Shown: piece after piece, positions 1 through 7,507 of the stretch
Layout: every line of letters begins with the position of its first letter
How positions within the stretch are numbered: the stretch's first letter is position 1
Source of the DNA: Octopus sinensis
Taxonomy: Eukaryota
DNA length: 8,891 bases
Assembly (NCBI RefSeq): GCF_006345805.1
Contig: NW_021828256.1
Location: 1-8,891, forward strand
Reading direction: 5' to 3'
Translations under genes and position numbers: made by a program
The notes under the pieces: model-generated
Databases searched by the model: none
What the model was told of the DNA's origin: nothing
The model's input: the letters and a program-made list of their open reading frames with translations, nothing else

Positions 1-756
1 GTGCATGTGTTGTGCGCACATGTGTGCATGAGTGTGTGTGCGTGCGTGTGTGTGTGCATGTGTGGCATGAGTGGCGGTGTGCGTGCGTGTGTGTGTGTGT
101 GTGCACGTGTATGTGTGCATGTGTGTGCGCACATGTGTGCATGAGTGTGTGTGCGTGCGTGTGTGTGTGCATGTGTGCATGAGTGTGTGTGCGTGCGTGT
201 GTGTGTGCGTGCACGTGTATGTGTGCATGTGTGTGCGCACATGTGTGCATGGTGTGTGTGTGCGTGCGTGTGTGTGTACATGTGTGCATGAGTGTGTGTG
301 CGTGCGTGTGTGTGTGTGTGCACGTGTATGTGTGCATGTGTGTGCGCATGTGTATGTGCGTATGTACACGTGTTTGTGCATGTGTGTGTGAGCCTGTGCA
401 TGTGTGTATGTGCATGTCTATGTGTATGCGCATGTGTGTGCGTGTGTGTATATGTGCGTGTGTGTGTGTGTGTGGTGTGTGTGTGTGTGTGAGCCTGTGC
501 ATGTGTGTATGTGCATGTCTATGTGTATGTGCATGTGTGTGCGTGTGTGTGCATATGTGCGTGCGTGTATGCATGTGTGTGTGGGCATGTGTGTGTGTGT
601 GTGTCTCTGTGTTTGTGCGTACAAGCACGTGCATGTGTGTGTACATGCGTGTGTGTATATGTGTGTGTGTATGTGCATGTGTGTGTGTGTGCATGTGTGC
701 GTGCGTGTGAGCGTGTGCGTTCGTATGTGTGTGTCTGTGTGTGCGCGCGCGCGTGT
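1..756. repeat. Compound (TG)n/(TGCA)/(TGCG) microsatellite with higher-order ~101-109 bp periodicity
   Basis: Almost pure purine-pyrimidine alternation. gcacgtgtatgtgtgcatg recurs at 103, 211 and 320; gagcctgtgcatgtgtgtatgtgcatgtctatg recurs at 390 and 491. Confidence 0.95.
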
Positions 757-780
757 TGCGAGCGTGACTTGACTGGTGCA

Positions 781-924
781 TTATTCTGTTGACTGTTCTT
801 TGAGCCAATGCTTCACTACAGTTTCCACTTCCTCGTCACTGGAATAATGTTTGCCTCTCAAGTCCTCTTTCGTGGCGCCGAAGAGATGATAGTCTGAAGG
901 CGTTAAATCTGGTGAATGAGGAGG
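781..924 (-). mobile_element. Mariner transposase C-terminal fragment, inverted relative to the adjacent piece
   Basis: Manual minus-strand translation [47 protein letters not shown] contains the mariner YSPDLAPSDYHLF-type motif. Confidence 0.9.
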
Positions 925-1149
925 TAGTGAAGAAGTGGCTCAAAGAACAGACAACAGAATTTTACGGGGCAGGGATACATGCTCTCATTTGAAGGTGAAA
1001 CATTACTATTGAGAGAAACGGTGACTATGTTGAGAAGTAGGGATGTGATCCACAGAGGACCAGCTTCATTTTGGTGTATGATACATGTTCCTGCGTTGGT
1101 GATTATACCTGTCCTAAACAAAATCGCATTACTCTTTGACTCACCCTCG

Positions 1150-1151
<2 letters not shown>
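924..1151 (+). mobile_element. Mariner 3' end: decayed transposase C-terminus plus right TIR ending ccctcg-TA
   Basis: Translation VVKKWLKEQTTEFYGAGIHALI*R*NITIERNGDYVEK* matches the typical mariner ...GDYVEK end. The terminus ttactctttgactcaccctcgTA is the reverse complement of a TACGAGGG-type TIR. Confidence 0.88.
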
Positions 1152-1191
<40 letters not shown>

Positions 1192-1282
1192 CATACATAC
1201 ATATACTCACATATATATGTATATTTTATGTATATGTATTATGTATGTATGTATGTATGTATGTGTGTGTGTGTGGTGTGTG

Positions 1283-1315
<33 letters not shown>
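1152..1315. repeat. (TA)n/(TATG)n/(TG)n compound microsatellite
   Basis: Directly visible. Confidence 0.95.
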
Positions 1316-1318
<3 letters not shown>

Positions 1319-1618
1319 GGCACTCCGCATGTTACGACGACGGGGGTTCCAGCTGATCTGATCTGCGGAACAGCTTGCTCGTGAAATTAACGTGCAAGTG
1401 GCAGAGCACTCCACAGACACGCATGCTCTCAACGCAGTTCACGTGGAGATTCAGCTTGACACAGAATGTTACAAGGCCGGCCCCTTTGAAATACAGGTAC
1501 TGCTCATTTTTGCCAGCTGAGTGGACTGGAGCAACGTGAAATAAAGTATCTTGCTCAAGAGCACAATGCGGCGGATATCGAACTCTTGACCTTACGATTA
1601 CAAGCTAACCATTAAGCT

Positions 1619-1620
<2 letters not shown>
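1316..1620 (-). mobile_element. tRNA-derived SINE with CORE-like central segment
   Basis: Minus strand begins gtagcttaatggttag (A-box-like), then gagttcgatatcc (B-box-like), then tgtgctcttgagcaagatacttt (CORE-SINE-like). It ends in a (TA)n tract and resembles recalled octopus SINEs. Confidence 0.8.
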
Positions 1621-1657
<37 letters not shown>

Positions 1658-1660
1658 CAC
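1619..1660. repeat. (CA)n/(TA)n microsatellite
   Basis: Directly visible. Confidence 0.95.
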
Positions 1661-1783
1661 AAGGTATGTACTTTTTGCTAGTTCGTGGCCAGGCTGTGCT
1701 TATAGGTATAAGGGAATATATTCTCATCAGTTCGTATAGTGGAAGTCATAGACAAGGGAGATGACTCTCATCAGATCCCATTC

Positions 1784-1839
1784 AGCAGCGATTGACATCG
1801 ATGTTTCGTCATATTTGTGACTTGTCAACACCGCGTACC
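1784..1839 (-). ncRNA. Putative type I hammerhead ribozyme, U3-A8 core variant
   Basis: Minus strand reads ggta-c-gcggtg UUGACAA gtca(caaata)tgac GAA acatcgatgt C aatcgc-tgct. Stem II is 4 bp, stem III is palindromic, the cleavage triplet is GUC, and stem I pairs except for a G-A at the closing position. Confidence 0.55.
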
Positions 1840-2084
1840 CGAAACGAGGCCCGGCACAAGCTAAATCGCTTTATATGACTATATGCAAAATAGTGTAAAA
1901 AAACCATTTGCTGGTATTTCCCAACCATTATTATATAATTATATAATTGCGATGATATTTAAAGAAGATTGAAACAGCTTTAAGAAATTAATATTTGAAA
2001 TATCACTGATACTGTTTTTGTTTTTGAAACGTATTTTTCTCTATGCACCCATTATAGATACATCTGCACTATATGCCAATTTGT

Positions 2085-2297
2085 ACGTTAGCACGCCGGG
2101 CGAAATGCATAGCAGTATTTCGTCTGCCGTTACGTTGTGAGTTCAAATTCCGCCGAGGTCGACTTTGCCTTTCATCCTTCCGGGGTCGATAAATTACGTA
2201 CCAGTTACACACTGGGGTCGATGTAATCGACTCAATCCCTTTGTCTGTCCTTGTTCGTCCCCTCTGTGTTTAGCCCCTTGTGGGTAGTAAAGAAATA
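2085..2297 (+). mobile_element. 5'-truncated tRNA-derived SINE, same family as 3552-3785
   Basis: Near-identical to 3573-3784, with B-box-like gagttcaaattcc, central gcctttcatccttccggggtcgataaa and tail gccccttgtgggtagtaaagaaat. Confidence 0.9.
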
Positions 2298-2387
2298 TAT
2301 ATGCCAATTTGTATATGATATTGTACTGAAGTTGTGAATTTTCTGGGTTTAACTTGATACTTTATGTCGGTTTCATATTTTAGCGTA

Positions 2388-2437
2388 AGGCCAGCAGTTT
2401 CGGGGAAGGGGCTAAGTTAGTTACATCGACCCCAGTA
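2388..2437 (-). mobile_element. SINE 3' fragment related to the host SINE at 3449-3924
   Basis: aggccagcagtttcggggaagggg...ttacatcgaccccagt is similar to 3471-3518. Confidence 0.65.
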
Positions 2438-2525
2438 CAGTTCTATATTTAAGAGATGAGGAATTATGTACATTATTTACATTATTTACATTCGACGGAT
2501 ATTTGTCCTCATCTTGTTTGTTGTT

Positions 2526-2571
2526 AACAAAACGTTTCGGCTGTTATACCCTCCAGCTTTCATCAGGTGTC
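2526..2571 (-). ncRNA. Minimal type I hammerhead ribozyme motif (left arm)
   Basis: Minus strand reads gacac CUGAUGA a agctgg(agggtata)acagcc GAAAC GU U ttgtt. Confidence 0.75.
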
Positions 2572-2623
2572 TCGGGAGAAATTTCGAACCTGGGTTCTCA
2601 TTCTAAAGGTATTTTTCGATGTC

Positions 2624-2633
2624 GTTGTTGTTG

Positions 2634-2697
<64 letters not shown>
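2624..2697. repeat. (TTG)n then (TAT)n trinucleotide microsatellite
   Basis: Directly visible. Confidence 0.97.
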
Positions 2698-2698
<1 letters not shown>

Positions 2699-2729
2699 CC
2701 TTAGGAATGACAACACCAAATTTCCCCAA

Positions 2730-2775
2730 GATATCTGATGAAGACTGGAGGGTATATCAGCCGAAACGTTGTGCT
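2730..2775 (+). ncRNA. Minimal type I hammerhead ribozyme motif (right arm)
   Basis: Plus strand reads gatat CUGAUGA a gactgg(agggtata)tcagcc GAAAC GU U gtgct. Confidence 0.75.
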
Positions 2776-2830
2776 AACAACAAAAAAGATGAGGACAAAT
2801 ATCCATCAAATGTAAAAATATCTTGAAATA

Positions 2831-2960
2831 CTAAAGAGTAAATTTATTCAGTAAATCGCCATTGGCTTCAACCATGGGCTCCAGACGACTTCGGAATTTC
2901 CTGCAACTCTTCTCGACGGTCTCCTTGTTTAGGTTGAAGAATACTGCCGTAATCCTTGCT
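2831..2960 (-). mobile_element. Tc1/mariner-superfamily transposase C-terminal fragment
   Basis: ARITAVFFNLNKETVEKSCRKFRSRLEPMVEANGD resembles the ...AC..FR.RLEAVV.A.G C-terminus of Tc1/DD37D-type transposases. Confidence 0.75.
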
Positions 2961-3020
2961 AAAGGCGGTGCTCCAGCATGGCCACAGTCAAATGACTGAA
3001 ACAAGTAAATGAGTAAAAGA

Positions 3021-3021
<1 letters not shown>
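2961..3021 (+). mobile_element. Short retroposon (SINE/LINE) 3' tail fragment
   Basis: ggcggtgctccagcatggccacagtcaaatgactgaaacaagtaaa is followed by an A-rich end and (TA)n. Recognised from recall of octopus repeats. Confidence 0.6.

Positions 3022-3080
<59 letters not shown>
3022..3080. repeat. (TA)n microsatellite
   Basis: Directly visible. Confidence 0.97.
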
Positions 3081-3083
<3 letters not shown>

Positions 3084-3173
3084 GTCACAATAAAAGACAG
3101 ACTGATTATGTCTGGAACATCTTCGGTCACAAATGGGCTGGATTTGAGCTGATGAGGCGCTAAACACCAATTG

Positions 3174-3175
<2 letters not shown>

Positions 3176-3241
<66 letters not shown>

Positions 3242-3279
3242 ACACACACACACATACGCACACACAAGCACACACACAC
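3176..3279. repeat. (CA)n microsatellite
   Basis: Directly visible. Confidence 0.97.
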
Positions 3280-3433
3280 GACGGGCTTATTTTAGTTTCC
3301 GTCTACTAAATCCACAGACAAGGCTTTGGTTGGCCCGAGACTATAGTAGAAGACAGTTTCCCATTGTTCCTCAGTTAAACTGAACCCGGAACTATACGGT
3401 TGGGAACCAAAATTCCTACCCCACAGCCACACC
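3280..3433 (-). mobile_element. Diverged tRNA-derived SINE 5' portion running into (TG)n
   Basis: Minus strand reads ggtgtggctgtggggtagg (A-box-like), then ccgggttcagttt (B-box-like), then gtcttctactatag...gtagacggaaact...agcccgtcg and (TG)n. Confidence 0.75.
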
Positions 3434-3448
3434 AGTGTTTATGCGTAT

Positions 3449-3924
3449 ATTCTTTTCTCCTCTAGGCTCAAGGCCCGAAATTTTTGGAGAGGGGGCAGTC
3501 AATTACATCAACCCCAGTGCGTAACTGGTACTTAATTTATGGTACTTAATATAAGGCGGCGAGCTGGCAGAAACGTTAGCACGCCGGGCGAAATGCGTAG
3601 CCGTATTTCGTCTGCCGTTACGTTCTGAGTTCAAATTCCGCCGAGGTCGACTTTGCCTTTCATCCTTTCGGGGTCGATTAAATAAGTACCAGTTACGCAC
3701 TGGGGTCGATATAATCGACTTAATCCGTTTGTCTGTCTTTGTTTGTCCCTTCTGTGTTTAGCCCCTTGTGGGTAGTAAAGAAATGGGTACTTAATTTATT
3801 GACTCCGAATGGATGAAAGGCAAAGTCGACCTCGGCGGAATTTGAACTCAGAACGTAAAGGCAGACGAAATGCCGCTAAGCATTTCGCTCGGCGTGCTAA
3901 CGTTTCTGCCAGCTCGCCGTCTTA
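3449..3924 (-). mobile_element. Host SINE split by a nested insertion (pieces 3786-3924 and 3449-3540)
   Basis: 3786-3924 is the reverse complement of the SINE head at 3552-3690. The sequence resumes on the other side at 3540 and ends in a different 3' tail. Confidence 0.88.
3552..3785 (+). mobile_element. Full-length tRNA-derived SINE inserted antisense into a related SINE
   Basis: Head ggcggcgagctggcagaaacgttag and B-box-like gagttcaaattcc. Flanked by ggtacttaatttat at 3527-3540 and 3786-3799. Confidence 0.92.
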
Positions 3925-3959
3925 GTGCTTATCTGTATATCACAAACAAACCAGCGCTC

Positions 3960-4612
3960 CTTCATCATACTGCACCGCTACACCGCCTCCCCCAAACCAT
4001 ATCAGATCTCAGTAATCAGAATACCTGACGTAATTGTGCCAACGGATCACCACTTGCACTGGAACCGCTACAGTGCTATTACCAATACTACACAATACAT
4101 CACCACAATCCATTTCAACCAGTAAAAACATCTGTACTACTACCGCCACAACACATTACAATCGCTGCGTCACCACTCTACCACCACTATTCGAACAGTA
4201 GTAACAATATCAACCAGTCGTCAATAATCAATCAATAACCTATACAGCCAAATTCTTCAACTTCCATTACACGGAGGAACTTATCGATTTTTATCGATCA
4301 TGTACATAGTGTATGGGTAGTAGTGTAGAGGTGGTTGTGTTGGTGATGGTAGTGATGTGTTGGCACAAGTACTTAATGGTGGTGTACAGGTGCAATGTAC
4401 AGTGGTGATAGCGGTGGTAGTATCTAGTGCTGGCGTTGTTGTGGTTGTAGTGTTGTGGTGATGGTGGTGGTGTGATAATAGAGTAGTGAAGAAAACAACA
4501 CATCAACACACATTAAACACACGCATTAGACATTCGCATTAAACACGCATTAAAACACGTTAAACACACACATTAATACATATACACACACACACTTTAG
4601 ACATACATATAT
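3960..4612. repeat. Degenerate low-complexity tracts: (CAC/ACT)-rich, then (GGT/GTA)-rich, then acacattaa-like repeats
   Basis: Compositional skew switches near 4290, and cattaaac-like units occur at 4505-4580. Confidence 0.7.
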
Positions 4613-5005
4613 ACAAAACTACGCACCCATAAAATGCTTAAGTGTTATCTATAATCTGTACGCAGTTTTGCTGGTTTGTATTCCCAGGTGACCACTGCGA
4701 AACACAAACGCAGTGACTGACTAACAGGTAGGGGGAACGAAAGGGATGTGGGACGATGCCGCGCAGCTTCTCATCAAGCGAGCTCTTTATAAAGAATCAA
4801 AGCGGCGCAGCTGGAGTCTACTCACTGTGTGGTTAGATAATATGGAAGTATTTGATTCTCCCCCGTTCATGGATACTATAGTTACTGCCACTTGCCATGT
4901 AAGAGCTATCCCTAAGAATTGAAGCTCAATCATACTGTAGCCGTTAACGGAATTAGGTTACCAACAGGAATTTTCCAAGGTGACAGCCTGTCTAATAATT
5001 TGCAT

Positions 5006-5088
5006 CAGCAGCGCGTCGAACAAAATGTTTCGTGGTAATTTAGTTTACATTTCATTACGTCACATTACGTTTGTTCGACGCTCTGCCG
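5006..5088. mobile_element. 83-bp miniature inverted-repeat element flanked by AT
   Basis: cagcagcgcgtcgaacaaa matches the reverse complement cggcagagcgtcgaacaaa at 17/19. Removing it restores the RT reading frame. Confidence 0.7.
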
Positions 5089-5242
5089 ATTCTGTCATTT
5101 ATCATTTGTCTGTCCTGTTAAGGAAATGCAAAAGCTATATGATGACAGGATCAGCAGAAGAAAGAATCACTGATGTCCTCTGTATTTGTTTTGTTGATAA
5201 GCTTAAGCCGTACTCGAGTAATATTCACGGCATCAGGAACTA

Positions 5243-5806
5243 TTGGGTTGTACGGAAAGTTCGTGCCGATTTGTAGTAGCTTATCTTTCGACTTATTTTA
5301 GAACATGGTTGAGTCCATAAAATAGGATTTGTACACCTCCATTTAGAGCACAGTTTAAGCTATCTTTTCGTGGAAGAAGATTTATGTTCCTATAACCTGT
5401 GTTAATTCTGTAACCCTTTAAGATGGAAGATAAGAAAGTTCATTTTCGGCACTTGATGCTTTGGGAACCAGACAAAAATTGCTGCCGCTTGGCTGGGATG
5501 TGTTACCTGACCCTCCATATTCACCAGATATTGCGCCTTCAGATTTCCACTTATTCAGGTCTCTGCAGAATAGTCTTGATGGTAAAAAATTCAATTCCTT
5601 GGATGACATGAAAAGATACCTTGATAAATTCCTTGCCATGAAACCACCTCAGTTCTGGGAAGAGGGTATTTTCAAGGTAATAGAAAGATGGAGACACATT
5701 GTGCAATAAAATGGTTCATATTTGGTTGATTAAAAATGTAATGGCAAGTATTTATTGACCTTTTTCTTTCCTTTAAAAATCGACACGAACTTTCCGGACA
5801 ACCCAA
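5243..5806 (+). mobile_element. Internally deleted mariner element (mellifera-like), 564 bp
   Basis: 30-bp TIRs at 5243-5272 and 5777-5806 match at 28/30. TA duplications lie at 5241-5242 and 5807-5808. Confidence 0.96.
5423..5709 (+). pseudogene. Mariner transposase remnant: N-terminal 15 aa joined out of frame to the C-terminal ~80 aa
   Basis: MEDKKVHFRHLMLWE is followed by TRQKLLPLGWDVLPDPPYSPDIAPSDFHLFRSLQNSL. The HTH domain and first two catalytic Asp regions are missing. Confidence 0.93.
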
Positions 5807-5967
5807 TAGTTCGAAATGGTCATAACATTCTCACGCGAAATAGGAATATAGTTTGGTCAGAATGAGTGTAGTCAAACGAAGGAGGATAGATACCATTGGT
5901 CTGGTTAGCTCCCTAGCACCGGCGATTAATGTTATGGATACCTCTGAATTGAAGAAAATATTGCATA

Positions 5968-6530
5968 TGTAGTGATCCTATAACGGTGCGCTCGCGCACC
6001 GTCCATTTGTATTTCGCGCGTGCGGGGTTGGTGCTTTCACCACCGGAAGAAGAACCCTTTTGCCTACGTAGCAGTTAGCCGAGGCAGGGGAGTCGTAAGA
6101 CGTTGACCACCAGCGTCCAGCAAGCAGCGACTTGAGACAGCAGCGACTGAAGGCGACGGTCACGTATATTTTCTCATCCGTCCGAACTTGATTCTAGCAG
6201 CACCTTACCAAAAGGCTTTAACCAATTGTTGCAGACCACATCTTCTCCCTGTTCCGGACGGCCATCTTTGACCAGTGTCGTTTTGCATTTGAACATTTCT
6301 TATTTTACAGCGATAAGGTTCAGCACTGACACATTTATACCAAAGGGTACCAGATAACCACTTATTGTTACTGTTACCACATTAGAGAATAAAGTAGTTA
6401 TATATATTTTACGTTTGCGTCTTGTTGTTTCTGACTGGTAGAATTCTGGATTATTAAAGCAACGGAAAGTGATTGCTTTCTTGTACCCCGAAAGTACAAG
6501 AGAAGATATTCACATCACATATTCCTTACA
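5968..6530 (+). mobile_element. Solo LTR (563 bp), probably Gypsy-type
   Basis: TGTA...TACA termini with a 4-bp direct repeat CATA at 5964-5967 and 6531-6534, and AATAAA at 6388-6393. LINE coding similarity resumes after it. Confidence 0.8.
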
Positions 6531-6754
6531 CATACGTTGGTGTCGTGCGTGAAGTTGGAATGACAAAAATATCTTCAGTAGACTTCAGAAGGTACGGAAA
6601 TCAGAGCTGTTTGCATTCAACACAAATGAAACAAGAGAGAAAGAAATGAGTACGCCATGTGTATCCTTAGCAAAAACGATATCTTTAAATCGTTTGAAGT
6701 ATTCCTATTACTTGTGTATTGTACAAGTATTACCAACTTATCGCTCATAAATTT

Positions 6755-7070
6755 TAACACACGGACACACACACTCGTGGTCTTCGTCGATAACGTCGTA
6801 TACTACTCAGACTTACTCCCGCCGACCGACCGGCCGCACTCGTGCGTGATACCGAGAACTCGCCCCCAGAACTCGCCGCTTCGTGCCTCGTCGATAACAC
6901 ACGGACACACACACTCGTTGTCTTCGTCGATAACGTCGTATACTACTCAGACTTACTCCCGCCGACCGACCGGTCGCACTCGTGGGCGATACCGAGAACT
7001 CGCCCCCAGAACTCGCCGCTTCGTGCCTCATCGATAACACACGGACACACACACACTCGTGGTCTTCGTC
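6755..7070. repeat. CpG-rich tandem repeat, 140-bp unit, about 2.25 copies
   Basis: Units start taacacacggacacac at 6755, 6895 and 7035, with few differences between them. Confidence 0.95.
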
Positions 7071-7507
7071 TGTCACATTCGGATTGTACACAGCTGTTCA
7101 GTATGAATCAAGCGTAGGTGGTCTGACTAGAAGAGAATCTTGGAAGAGAAATTCTCGTCATGTCACCAGAAAGTTATGCACAGTATGCATCTCACAAGCT
7201 AGAAAACACAAACAATATTGATAAGAATCGTAGCCTCAGCACCTCTGATAAATACATTGTATCTCACCAAGTCAGCAATGCTTTTGCCTTAAATACTGAT
7301 CAACAAGCGGGTCAAAAGATTCTTTTAAGCCATGAAGTTGTGATAGAAAATATAGATTGCATCATATCAGTGTGATCGATATCATCCCCAACCCCATTAT
7401 CAGCGTCTGTCTAAAAATGTTCGCAAGATGCTGCCTTTCCATGAGACGTGACATGTCGCTAAAACTATCTTCAATGCTATCTGTAGAAAAAAGATTGTCC
7501 TGATACC

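Larger units (their letters stand above)
2446..2830. mobile_element. Inverted pair of Penelope-like terminal-repeat fragments flanking a (TGT)/(TAT)n tract
   Basis: 2485-2611 is the reverse complement of 2697-2816 with scattered mismatches and a small indel, and each arm carries a minimal hammerhead. The Penelope assignment is inferred from the hammerhead type. Confidence 0.7.
4617..6624 (+). mobile_element. Decayed non-LTR retrotransposon reverse transcriptase (R4/Dong-like, RLE group) interrupted by three insertions
   Basis: Ordered motifs: NYAPIKCLSVIYNLY (4617), QLLIKRAL...VWLDNMEVFDS (4764-4859), GIFQGDSLS (4967-4993), FVDKLKPY (about 5190-5213), FSREIGI*FGQNEC (about 5830-5870), YGYL*IEENIAY (about 5934-5967) and FSRLQKVRKSELFAFN (about 6575-6621). 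Many stops and frameshifts. Confidence 0.88.

Noticed and set aside
71-792. Cys/Val-rich and His/Thr-rich ORFs
   Set aside because: They are translations of (TG)n/(CA)n repeats that lack stops in several frames, not metallothionein-like genes.
903-1432. ORFs 903-1202, 979-1356 and 1226-1432
   Set aside because: They are off-frame or antisense readings of mariner and SINE sequence running into (TA)n.
2503-2826. 107-aa poly-Tyr ORF
   Set aside because: The poly-Y comes from (TAT)n and the flanks are the inverted-repeat arms.
3148-3170. ctgatgag...taaac as a further hammerhead
   Set aside because: It has no GAAA and no convincing stems, and is probably within a diverged retroposon tail.
3552-3640. 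tRNA gene
   Set aside because: A/B-box-like head without a complete cloverleaf, continuing into a SINE body present in multiple copies.
6755-7070. CRISPR array or repeat-protein CDS
   Set aside because: The whole 140-bp unit repeats with no unique spacers. The unit length is not a multiple of 3, and the context is eukaryotic.
7160-7375. 71-aa ORF as a host exon
   Set aside because: It has no recognisable domain or splice evidence and may be decayed LINE continuation.
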